A stretch of 64,000 bases of DNA from an uncultured bacterium (GTDB taxonomy: Bacteria; Krumholzibacteriota; Krumholzibacteriia; Krumholzibacteriales; Krumholzibacteriaceae): positions 5,068 to 69,067 of the forward strand of contig CAYRCK010000011.1 of NCBI GenBank assembly GCA_964422745.1, written 5' to 3'. Numbering within the stretch: position 1 is the first letter of the stretch; each line of letters starts with the position of its first letter. The notes under the pieces were generated by a model. It searched no databases. It saw only the letters and a program-made list of their open reading frames with translations, and was not told the DNA's origin. A program made the translations under genes and the position numbers. Below, piece after piece: positions 9,526 through 18,127 of the stretch.

Positions 9526-10524
9526 ATGCATGATTTAACGATCAAATACGTCGACGCCTTTACAACAAATACATTCAGCGGCAATCCGGCCGCTGTGATA
9601 ACTGACGCCGCAGGACTCACAATCGAGGAGATGCAAAGCATAGCAAAGGAAATCAATATCTCTGAGAGCACGTACGTCACTAAACCGGAATCTAAAAACG
9701 CGATGTTCCGGATAAGATTCTTCACTCAGAGCAATCAGCTCGATCTGAGTGGACACGCAGTCATCGCTACCTGCTACGCCCTAATCGAGGAGGGTAGAGT
9801 GCGGCTGGATGACGGAAAGACCACCGTTATGATTGAAACCAACCTGGGTGATGTACCTCTGGATATTTATTTCTCCAAGGATACATACCAAGGAAACGCC
9901 GATAGCACCACCGGGAACCGTGACGGAAAGATTCTGAATGGTGTCAACAAAGGCAGGCTCGATCGCATAATGATCCATCAGGATGCCGGAACTCACGAAA
10001 AATCCAGGATATCCATAGAAGAGATTTCAGATATCCTGGATATCGATCCCATGGAAATCAAAATGACGGGACTACCGATGGAATTCGTCTCGAACGGCCA
10101 GCACCAATTCATGATACCGGTCGGACACAGGGAAACCCTTCTCAACCTGAAACCGGATCTGATAAGACTGAGCTTAATGAACGCTAGATACGGAATAGAG
10201 ACAAACGACATCTTCACTCTCGATTCAATATCCGAGGAATGCATCTCATACTCCAGGCATTTCGCCCCTGCGATCGGACTATGGGAAGACCAGGGTTCGG
10301 GCAATGCCGCAGCAACGATCGGGACTTATCTGACGAGGCACGGAATCACCTCTACAAGAAACATGATAATGGAGCAGGGTAAAGATGTGCACAAGCTGGC
10401 CAGGATATTCGTTGAGATAGACTATGCCGACGGCTCCTTCAATTCCGTTAAGATGGGCGGACTTGCAACAACTTCCATATCACGAAAGATCAATGTATCC
10501 GAAGGCAAGGTAGTGATAATTTAG
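9526..10524 (+). CDS. PhzF-family isomerase (phenazine biosynthesis PhzF/YddE-like fold)
   Basis: MHDLTIKYVDAFTTNTFSGNPAAVI ... ESTYV ... FRIRFFT is the typical PhzF N-terminal half, and the C-terminal half is also present. The start is placed at an internal Met; the ORF track begins at 9478. Confidence 0.8.
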   Translation: MHDLTIKYVDAFTTNTFSGNPAAVITDAAGLTIEEMQSIAKEINISESTYVTKPESKNAMFRIRFFTQSNQLDLSGHAVIATCYALIEEGRVRLDDGKTTVMIETNLGDVPLDIYFSKDTYQGNADSTTGNRDGKILNGVNKGRLDRIMIHQDAGTHEKSRISIEEISDILDIDPMEIKMTGLPMEFVSNGQHQFMIPVGHRETLLNLKPDLIRLSLMNARYGIETNDIFTLDSISEECISYSRHFAPAIGLWEDQGSGNAAATIGTYLTRHGITSTRNMIMEQGKDVHKLARIFVEIDYADGSFNSVKMGGLATTSISRKINVSEGKVVII

Positions 10525-10621
10525 CATCCCGGGCACCTAGGGATGGCTTGAAATAATAGCTGCTGCAACCCGGTCGCAAAACGGTCGCCCGCCGTTCGAT
10601 TCCGCAGTTGGCAATCTGAAG

Positions 10622-12640
10622 TTACTTGATTGGTTTCAGGCCTGTTACAGTTTCTTTGACTTCCTTTGGCTTGTAGTACAAAGGAAGTGAAAAATAGAAG
10701 GTCGATCCCCTTCCACGTTCGCTGTCCACCCAGACCTTCCCCCTGTGAAGATCTACGTAGTGCTTCACCAGCCTCAGCCCGATGCCCATTCCATCTGACG
10801 ATCTCGCAACGCCGCCATCTATCTGAGTGAAGTTGTCGAACAGATACGGGATATCCCTTTCGTCGATCCCTTTTCCGGTGTCCTTCACCGAAACCACAAT
10901 TTCCCTCTCGAGTTGTCTCGACGAGACAACGACCTGTCCATTCCTGCCCGTGTATTTTATAGCGTTGTTGAGCAGGTTGACACATACCTGTCTCATCCTC
11001 AACGGATCGAAAAACATGATCGGGATTCCCGGATCGAGGCTGCAATTGATTTCGATGTTACGCTGCTGCGCCAGAGGTTCTACCAGCTCTATCGAGATCC
11101 TTATTATCTCATTGATGCTGCCCTCCGTGACATCCAGCATCGTTTCCGAGATCTCCACCTTCGACAAATCCAGAAGATCGTTTATCAAACCGAGGAGCTT
11201 ATTGGATTGTTCCTCAATGATCTTTAGAAACTGCGTTCGTGTTTCCAGGTCGATGGATTCATCATCCTCATTAAGAGTACTGGCATATGCCATAATGATA
11301 GAAAGAGGCGTTCTAAGCTCGTGGCTGATCCTCCCGAGGAATTCGCTCTTGAGGTGATCGAGTTCCCTCAGCTTCTTGTTGATGGTCTTGAGTTCCCTGT
11401 TCTGAATGGTTATCTTCTCCTGCAACACCTTCCTGTCCGTCACATCATGGGCTATCATTATTATATATGGATGCTCCTTTATCTTTATAGTGGTCGCGTC
11501 AGTATCCATGTATATTATTTCACCGTTTTTCTTGAGAAAGGGCGTTTCGGCCAGCTTACATACCTCCCCACGCACAATCTTGTAGAAAATCCTTTTGACC
11601 TCGTCGCGACGGGAGGGCGAGGTGAACATGAACAGTTCGTTGCCGATAACATCTTCCGCGGAATAGCCGAACAGCTCGAACGTGTAATGATTGCACTCGA
11701 TGATCTCACCCGCGAAATTGACAAGAATTATCACATCGGTTGCGTTGTCAACAAGTTGCCTGTACTTCTCCCCCAGGTCTTTCAGATCCAGCAGCAACTG
11801 TGATTTCTCGATTGCGATAGATGTAAACTGGCTGAATTTCTTGACGAGCTCAAGATCGAGCGGCGTGAAATGATTATTTTCGTAACTACCTATGTTCACA
11901 GTCCCTATCAATGAGTTTTTGGCGATAAGAGGCACAACTATATCCGATTTCAGGTTGTCCTCCTTCATGATCTCATTGAATCTTTTATCTTCGGGAATAT
12001 TGCCACGTAAAATCGGTTTCTTGTGAATAGCTACCCATCCAATGAGATTCGACTCATCAAGGGGAACATATCTTCCCTCGCTCAATTTCTCCCCGCTTTT
12101 ACGTGCGACATGGCGAATATAAAGGCAGTTTTCGTCCTTTTCGTAGATCGCCACACATCCTATATCGTAGTCTATGACCCTTGATAGCTCGGTCGAGATC
12201 GTAGATAGAATATGCTCTAGACCAAGCTTCGAATTTATCGCACTGGCGATTTCCATAATAGCCGAGAGCTGAAGTTGCTCTTCGTTGCCGATCGAATCCC
12301 CGGTGCCCTGCCAGACGGCTATATCATCCGGTATTGAAAGACCGGACATATTATCTCTTGCTCCGGAGCCCACTGCAGTAGAATCAGCTTCGACCATTCC
12401 CGCTGAAGAATGCGTCACCGCGAACAAGGGATCGGCATCAATCGGCGGACCCTTACCGTTGCAGTTTAATCCTGTATCATCGTCGATGGGAGGGGCTTCC
12501 CCGGAGGCCGCCGTATCCCCGTCAGCCGGATTCTCCATTCCCTGCTCCGGCTCCCCCCCGTTCGTTCCACCGGGATAGAATGTCTCTGAAATCGGATCTC
12601 CGCCCTTATTCAATACCGTTTCCTCCAACTCATTTTGCAA
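10622..12640 (-). CDS. Cytoplasmic sensor histidine kinase (disordered N-terminus, GAF, PAS, HisKA and HATPase domains)
   Basis: H-box HELRTPLSIIMAYAS, followed by the N, G1 and G2 boxes (NLLNNAIKYT, DTGKGI, GMGIGL). GAF and PAS segments lie upstream. The N-terminal 150 aa are Gly/Asp/Pro-rich low-complexity sequence and there are no TM segments. Confidence 0.8.
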   Translation of the reverse strand: MQNELEETVLNKGGDPISETFYPGGTNGGEPEQGMENPADGDTAASGEAPPIDDDTGLNCNGKGPPIDADPLFAVTHSSAGMVEADSTAVGSGARDNMSGLSIPDDIAVWQGTGDSIGNEEQLQLSAIMEIASAINSKLGLEHILSTISTELSRVIDYDIGCVAIYEKDENCLYIRHVARKSGEKLSEGRYVPLDESNLIGWVAIHKKPILRGNIPEDKRFNEIMKEDNLKSDIVVPLIAKNSLIGTVNIGSYENNHFTPLDLELVKKFSQFTSIAIEKSQLLLDLKDLGEKYRQLVDNATDVIILVNFAGEIIECNHYTFELFGYSAEDVIGNELFMFTSPSRRDEVKRIFYKIVRGEVCKLAETPFLKKNGEIIYMDTDATTIKIKEHPYIIMIAHDVTDRKVLQEKITIQNRELKTINKKLRELDHLKSEFLGRISHELRTPLSIIMAYASTLNEDDESIDLETRTQFLKIIEEQSNKLLGLINDLLDLSKVEISETMLDVTEGSINEIIRISIELVEPLAQQRNIEINCSLDPGIPIMFFDPLRMRQVCVNLLNNAIKYTGRNGQVVVSSRQLEREIVVSVKDTGKGIDERDIPYLFDNFTQIDGGVARSSDGMGIGLRLVKHYVDLHRGKVWVDSERGRGSTFYFSLPLYYKPKEVKETVTGLKPIK

Positions 12641-13014
12641 TCCGTGATGGACTGATGGGTATACCGAAAGTGCGCCGTCGTCGGACGAGATAACATAACA
12701 TCTACGGTTAAGCGCCGTGGAATCCGCATTGACGCTTAAGTTGCTGAAAATACAATTCGTTCGTCAACCGGCTAACGGAGCGCAAGATGCAGGAAATATT
12801 CCATTTTATTGGCAACCGGGACATCTTTCTAGAGCGGGAAGTCTAATGGAGGGAATAAGCGCATATCCCCTTGATCGATCGCCGATCGCAAAGGCGCACC
12901 CGGCATCTCAGAGATGGCAGAAACTAAGGATGGATATGTCTATAGTGAAATGATAGGCCGGCCCGCGTATGAGCCGTGGAATAACGGTGGCGGCTTTAAG
13001 ATTTATAATGGCGG

Positions 13015-14658
13015 CTATTTCTTGAAGGAGAACCTGCTCTTGAAATGTCTGAGCTTTAGATCCCTCCCGTACTCGACGTTGACACCGGGCACCTTATCCC
13101 TGAATTCATTGAGGATCTTTATCGACTCAACTACCGAGAAAAGATCCTGATCCTCGTATGTCAGCCGGGGCACGGCGGCTCTGACGAAATTAACGCGAGG
13201 CTCGGGTGGGATCTCTCTCTTACCGTCGAATCTGCCGAAGGCATATGTCCCGAGTTCACATACCCTGTGCCCCGCAATCAGCAAAAGTGCCGTAAAAGCT
13301 ATACCCATGAATTCGCCGCTTTCACCGGCGCCATCGAAGAACCTGTCCATATCGATATAAACTGCATGTCCACCCGCCGGCTTGATTACGGGGATCCCAC
13401 TATCCGACATCTTTTCGGCGAACCTTCTTACCTGGCCTATCCTGGCCTCGAGGTAATCCCTTCCCGTAACCGTACGCAGACCGCAGGAGATACCCTTCAG
13501 ATCTCTCCCGGCGAGCCCTCCGTATGTCGGGTGTCCCTCAGTCATAATTTGAAAATCTACAAGCTTCTCCCTGAAATGCGGGAATATCGAATCGAACAGG
13601 CTGTCACTCTTGATGCACATTGCACCACCGATGTTGACGAGACCGTCCTTCTTGAGACTGATATGAAAGCCGTCCACGTGTTCGAACATCTCGTGGACGA
13701 TTTCACCGATCTCCTTAACCGCATAACCCTCTTCATTGCGTTGAATGAACCAGGCGTTTTCAGCGAACCTGCATGCATCGAAGAAGAACGGTATACGATG
13801 GCGTTCGGCTATGCCGTGGATCTCTCTAATATTAGCCATCGAAACGGGCTGCCCGCCGCCGGTGTTGTTGGTTATCGTAAGATAAATAAGCGGCACCCTG
13901 TCCGGTTCGTTCTCCAGTAGGTTCTCGAGCTCCTCCGTATTCAAATTCCCACGGAAGAAGAAATTCTCGTTGTTCGCTATATGCTCTTTACAGGGCATAT
14001 TAAGGGGTATCATCATCTTGTCTTCTATGTTACCTTCTGTCGTATCGAAATGGGAATTGCTCGGAATAATATGGAACGGCCTGTTATCCGCTCCTGTATC
14101 CCTCCGGTTGACCGAGATCTTCGATTCGATCCTCTCTCTCAACCCTTCAAGTAGTCCGTTCGAGAGAGCCCTTGCCGTTCCCTCCGGCCTGTTTTGAAGC
14201 TCCCTGCGCAGAACCGAGAAAAAAGCGTTTTCGGCAGCCCTGCCCTGATGAAATATGAAAAGGTTTTCATCTCCTACAATACCGGAGCCTTCTCCACCCA
14301 TCCACCCACTTCCGAATGTGCTGCCAAACTGCTCTTTCATCTCGAAGTAGCCCTGGTTGGAGCCATATGCCTCATCGCCCATGAGCATTGCCGCCCATTG
14401 CTGAATTGTCATCGTGGTCGTTCCGGAATCGGAGAGGAGATCACAGCCCGGTATCTTGTCTGCTCTGAACAGGAAGGGATTGAGTCCGGCTTCACCAATG
14501 AGAATATCCCTTCTCTCCTCGAACTCCTCGATCGAGCAGTCCCTGAAACGAACAGCAGCGTTCCTGTACGGTCTGGGCCTGAAATAATCGCCCGGCAGAA
14601 ATTCCTTTTTGAGATTCTCTCGAAACTTGGAGATGAAAAAATCAACCTTTCGAGACAT
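13015..14658 (-). CDS. Beta-eliminating lyase family protein (tryptophanase / tyrosine phenol-lyase-like, PLP-dependent)
   Basis: It aligns by eye to TnaA: DSGTTTMTIQQWAAMLMGDEAYGSNQGYF, HQGRAAEN, FFFDACRFAENAWFI, and the PLP-lysine region SLKKDGLVNIGG. At 547 aa it carries two insertions relative to E. coli TnaA. Confidence 0.8.
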   Translation of the reverse strand: MSRKVDFFISKFRENLKKEFLPGDYFRPRPYRNAAVRFRDCSIEEFEERRDILIGEAGLNPFLFRADKIPGCDLLSDSGTTTMTIQQWAAMLMGDEAYGSNQGYFEMKEQFGSTFGSGWMGGEGSGIVGDENLFIFHQGRAAENAFFSVLRRELQNRPEGTARALSNGLLEGLRERIESKISVNRRDTGADNRPFHIIPSNSHFDTTEGNIEDKMMIPLNMPCKEHIANNENFFFRGNLNTEELENLLENEPDRVPLIYLTITNNTGGGQPVSMANIREIHGIAERHRIPFFFDACRFAENAWFIQRNEEGYAVKEIGEIVHEMFEHVDGFHISLKKDGLVNIGGAMCIKSDSLFDSIFPHFREKLVDFQIMTEGHPTYGGLAGRDLKGISCGLRTVTGRDYLEARIGQVRRFAEKMSDSGIPVIKPAGGHAVYIDMDRFFDGAGESGEFMGIAFTALLLIAGHRVCELGTYAFGRFDGKREIPPEPRVNFVRAAVPRLTYEDQDLFSVVESIKILNEFRDKVPGVNVEYGRDLKLRHFKSRFSFKK

Positions 14659-15682
14659 CGAAAAGCTCCTTTGAAGACAAATGCATTATATCTCTTACCT
14701 CTTCCATGGTTGATCTTGCGATCTTCCCGGCCCTTGCCGCACCATCGGTCAATATTTCTACAATGAGTCCGGGTTGTCCTTCCAGCTCCACACGTCTTTC
14801 TCTTATCGGGGAGAGAGCCCCGTTCATCCTGTCGGCAAGTTCCATCTTGCAATCCACGCAACCCCTATCACCACCCTCACATTCCGTTCTGATCGATTCC
14901 AGTACCGCCAGGCTGTAGATATTGTGAAACGCGTATACAACGCAACCTTCGGGATGACCCTTGTCGTTTTTCCTGATCTTCTGAGGATCCGTAAACATTT
15001 CCCTTATCTTCGCGGTCGTTTCCTTCTCGCTGAACGATAGGGCTATATAGTTACCGGCACTCTTGCTCATCTTCCTGTCCACTCCGTCCAGGCCCGGCAC
15101 CTTCGGGACCTCGGTCAGCAATGTCTCCGTAATCGGAAAGACCTGCTTACCGTACATACTGTTGAACCTCTGGGCCAGATCCCTTGTCATGTTTACATGT
15201 GCCTCTTGATCCCTGCCCACGGGGACGTAATCCCCCTTGTAGAGCAGGATATCGGCCGACTGAAGAGTCGGATAGCCGAGAAGGCCGTAACTCGGTGACT
15301 CTATCCTGTAGCTTTGGACCATTTCCCTGTACGTCGGATTTCTCTCGAGCCATCCGAGCGGTGTGACCATGGAAAAAAGCAGATGCAGCTCGGCAACTTC
15401 AGGTACGTGGGACTGGACGAATATAGCGCTCTTCCCCGGATCTAGACCGGCCGATATCCAGTCGAGTGCCATCTCCCATATATTACGGTTGAGGGCTTCA
15501 AGGTTCTCGTAACCGACGGCGTTCCCACCGCCGGGAGTCGTCAGCGCATGCCAATCCACAATGAAATAGTAGCAATCGTAATCGTCCTGGAGCGCTATCC
15601 AGTTATTCAGTGCGCCGTATAGATTTCCCAGGTGGAGGCTGCCGGTTGGCCTCATTCCGCTTGTTACCCTCTTCTTGGGCAT
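14642..15682 (-). CDS. trpS: Tryptophanyl-tRNA synthetase, with a C-terminal Cys4 motif resembling Fe-S-type TrpRS
   Basis: HIGH motif (GSLHLGN) and KMSKS motif (KMSKSAGN). The start is at MPKKRVTSG with a perfect AAGGAG seven nt upstream. The C-terminus carries C-x20-C-x6-C-x2-C (CVVYAF...ECEGGDRGCVDC). Confidence 0.9.
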   Translation of the reverse strand: MPKKRVTSGMRPTGSLHLGNLYGALNNWIALQDDYDCYYFIVDWHALTTPGGGNAVGYENLEALNRNIWEMALDWISAGLDPGKSAIFVQSHVPEVAELHLLFSMVTPLGWLERNPTYREMVQSYRIESPSYGLLGYPTLQSADILLYKGDYVPVGRDQEAHVNMTRDLAQRFNSMYGKQVFPITETLLTEVPKVPGLDGVDRKMSKSAGNYIALSFSEKETTAKIREMFTDPQKIRKNDKGHPEGCVVYAFHNIYSLAVLESIRTECEGGDRGCVDCKMELADRMNGALSPIRERRVELEGQPGLIVEILTDGAARAGKIARSTMEEVRDIMHLSSKELFDVSKG

Positions 15683-15748
15683 TACATTCTCCTTATGAGC
15701 CGCTCGACGGGAATCATACAGCAATTACAGTGATTGTTAACAAAAAAA

Positions 15749-15822
15749 TAGGGGTGGCAGGACTCGAACCCGCAGCCCCCGGTTTTGGAGACCGGTGCTC
15801 TAGCCACTTGAGCTACACCCCT
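15749..15822 (-). tRNA. tRNA-Trp, anticodon CCA, no encoded CCA tail
   Basis: The reverse complement folds manually into a cloverleaf: AGGGGTG-TAGCTCAAGTGGCTAGAGCA-CCGGT-CTCCAAA-ACCGG-GGGCT-GCGGG-TTCGAGT-CCTGC-CACCCCT-A. A 7-bp acceptor stem, TTCGAGT T-loop and CCA anticodon are all present. It lies 66 nt upstream of trpS on the same strand. Confidence 0.9.
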
Positions 15823-15928
15823 GATTCCGTTTAATCCTCCACAAAAATACCACTTAGCAATCGAATGTCAAGCCATTTGGCCCGCCGGGAAAGACCTTCC
15901 GATCCCTTGAAGCAGATCATTTCAAGGA

Positions 15929-17380
15929 TCAGGCAAGCTCCTCCAGAACCGCTGTAAGAAGCTTCCAGAACGTCCCGACGGATTCTATGTTGACCCTCTC
16001 CTCAGGGGAGTGCGGATGCTCTATCCAAGGACCGATCGAGATCATATCCATACCGGGGAATTTCTCTCCTATGATACCGCATTCGAGGCCCGCATGGATC
16101 GCCTTCATCTCGGGCTCCTTGCCGAACTGTTCCTTGTGAACCTTCTTGACCACGGCCAAGAGATTCGAGTCCAGATTCGGCTTCCAACCCGGATATGCTT
16201 CCTCTATATCGATCTGTGCTCCCGCCAGCTCCGATATCGAACGGATCGTCTCTCTCAATGCACCCAGGGCGCTTGATATCGAGCTTCTCGTCGAAGTGCA
16301 GATCACCATCTCGTTTTCGCTCGTGCCGACGGTCGCCAGGTTATTGGACGTTTCAACGAGGTTCTCTATATCGTAGCTCATGGCATGTACCCCGTGCGGA
16401 ATACCTTCGAGAAGATTCAGGGCCTTCATCTGTGTGCCCGCATCCATAACCTTCTGAGCCTTCTCGCCTGCAGGTTCGAGACCGATCGCTAGATCATGCT
16501 CCCTTCCGCCCAGCTCGGCACTGATATATTCCTTTTCCTCCCCGATGATCTCTTTTACCTCGTCAACCGCCGTATCCAGGACATACAGCTCCGCCTCAGC
16601 TTCACGCGCTATTGCGTTTCTCTTGTTTCCGCCATTGATCCCAGCAAGATGGCATGGCTGAGTCCTTACAAGCCTGAGAAGAATTCTCGTCAGGATCTTG
16701 AGTGCATTTCCTCTCTGTTCGGATATATCGATCCCTGAATGTCCGCCCCTTAGACCGGTCACCTTGAGCAGAAACCTCTTGGTACCGGCAGGCGCATCCG
16801 TAAAGGTCAGGGGCAGCTTGATTACAGAATCACCACCACCTGCACAACCGATATACACTTCGCCTATCTCCTCGCTGTCGAGGTTCAGCATGATCTTTCC
16901 CTTGACGAAACCCGCTTCGAGTTTTCCGGCGCCCGTCAGGCCCACTTCCTCGTCAACCGTACAGAGTATCTCCAGCGGTCCATGCACATACTCATTCTCC
17001 TCCGCAAAAGTCAGCGCAGCCGCCAATCCTATGCCGTTATCGGCGCCGAGCGTCGTGCCTTTCGCGGTAACCCAGCCCTCCTTGACCTCCAGGTCCAGTG
17101 CATCCTTCGAGAAATCATGGTCTACATCTGAGTTCTTCTCACAGACCATGTCCATGTGCCCCTGGAGAACGACCGTCGGTGCTTTCTCGTGACCCTTTGT
17201 AGCTGGGATACGGATTACGACGTTCCCGTTCTTATCCTTATCCGCTTCGAGATTCTTATCCCGGGCATACGAGAGAAGGTGATCCGCAAGCTGTTCCTCG
17301 TTACCCGAACAGTGCGGTATAGAAGTAATCTTTTCGAAATGCTCCCAGAGCGCCTTCGGTTCGAATCCACTCAAAACCAT
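15929..17380 (-). CDS. pepD: Aminoacyl-histidine dipeptidase PepD (M20C family, Xaa-His dipeptidase)
   Basis: It is co-linear with PepD: WEHFEKITSIPHCSGNEEQLA ... VVLQGHMDMV ... GTTLGADNGIG ... VHGPLEILCTVDEE. Confidence 0.8.
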   Translation of the reverse strand: MVLSGFEPKALWEHFEKITSIPHCSGNEEQLADHLLSYARDKNLEADKDKNGNVVIRIPATKGHEKAPTVVLQGHMDMVCEKNSDVDHDFSKDALDLEVKEGWVTAKGTTLGADNGIGLAAALTFAEENEYVHGPLEILCTVDEEVGLTGAGKLEAGFVKGKIMLNLDSEEIGEVYIGCAGGGDSVIKLPLTFTDAPAGTKRFLLKVTGLRGGHSGIDISEQRGNALKILTRILLRLVRTQPCHLAGINGGNKRNAIAREAEAELYVLDTAVDEVKEIIGEEKEYISAELGGREHDLAIGLEPAGEKAQKVMDAGTQMKALNLLEGIPHGVHAMSYDIENLVETSNNLATVGTSENEMVICTSTRSSISSALGALRETIRSISELAGAQIDIEEAYPGWKPNLDSNLLAVVKKVHKEQFGKEPEMKAIHAGLECGIIGEKFPGMDMISIGPWIEHPHSPEERVNIESVGTFWKLLTAVLEELA

Positions 17381-17728
17381 AATCCTTACCCTCCTTGAGA
17401 TAAGACAACATTTATAAGACAGATACGCGCGGCTGCACCATTAGCTCCACATCACTGCTTTCGGTAAAACCGCCGAATCTCCTGCTCTCCACTGTTCATC
17501 CGAATCAAAGCAACAGGGATGTGCATTATAATTGACACCAGTTCTTCGGTCAAGCCCTCAAAACTGTGTGTCGTCACCGGAAAATACAGGAAAATAGCTG
17601 AATATTTTCTTCCGCTGTCATAGAATACACGCGTCATACATGCAAATGCCGTATGCGGTTTCCGGGAACTGCCCGGGGAGGGCGGTCCTGTGCTTTTGTC
17701 GACACGTCGATCCGGCAAGGAGGTGAAT

Positions 17729-18127
17729 ATGCTCGAGGAAATAATATTGCGGACTGGAAGCCGCTGTGAATTGGTGAATATCACCGACAAGATTCGCGGG
17801 ATAATAGCCGACAGCGGCATATCCTCCGGTGACTGCCATATTTTCGTACCTCACACAACTGCAGCCGTGACAATCAACGAGAAAGCAGATCCTGATGTCG
17901 CAAAAGACATAGAAGCTTCGATGAGAAAACTGATTCCGGAAAACTGGGGATACCGGCACCGGGAGGGCAACTCCGACGCTCATGTCAAATCGTCCCTGAT
18001 AGGAGCATCCGAGATAGTTCTTATCGAGAACGCCGAACCTGTTTTGGGCACCTGGCAGGCTGTCTTCTTCTGTGAGTTCGACGGTCCCAGGACCAGAAGA
18101 TGTGTGGTACGCATCAGTGAAAAATGA
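17729..18127 (+). CDS. YjbQ/UPF0047-family protein (secondary thiamine-phosphate synthase-like)
   Basis: CHIFVPHTTAAVTINE ... D ... HREGNSDAHVKSSLIG is the YjbQ signature. The start is at MLEEIIL with GGAGG upstream. Confidence 0.75.
   Translation: MLEEIILRTGSRCELVNITDKIRGIIADSGISSGDCHIFVPHTTAAVTINEKADPDVAKDIEASMRKLIPENWGYRHREGNSDAHVKSSLIGASEIVLIENAEPVLGTWQAVFFCEFDGPRTRRCVVRISEK

Noticed and set aside
10521-11357. ORFs 10521..11045 minus strand, 10827..11357 plus strand and 10913..11227 plus strand
   Set aside because: They overlap the histidine-kinase gene (10622..12640) in other frames or antisense, with no supporting motifs.
15683-15748. T-box leader between tRNA-Trp and trpS
   Set aside because: The 66-nt gap is far too short for a T-box (about 250-300 nt) and no T-box specifier or antiterminator motif is visible.
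17381-17728. Possible TPP riboswitch upstream of yjbQ, and likewise 25263..25486 upstream of thi4
   Set aside because: I looked for the conserved THI-element cores (CUGAGA, ACCUGAUC…GCG.AGGGA) and did not find them on either strand. They are not claimed.
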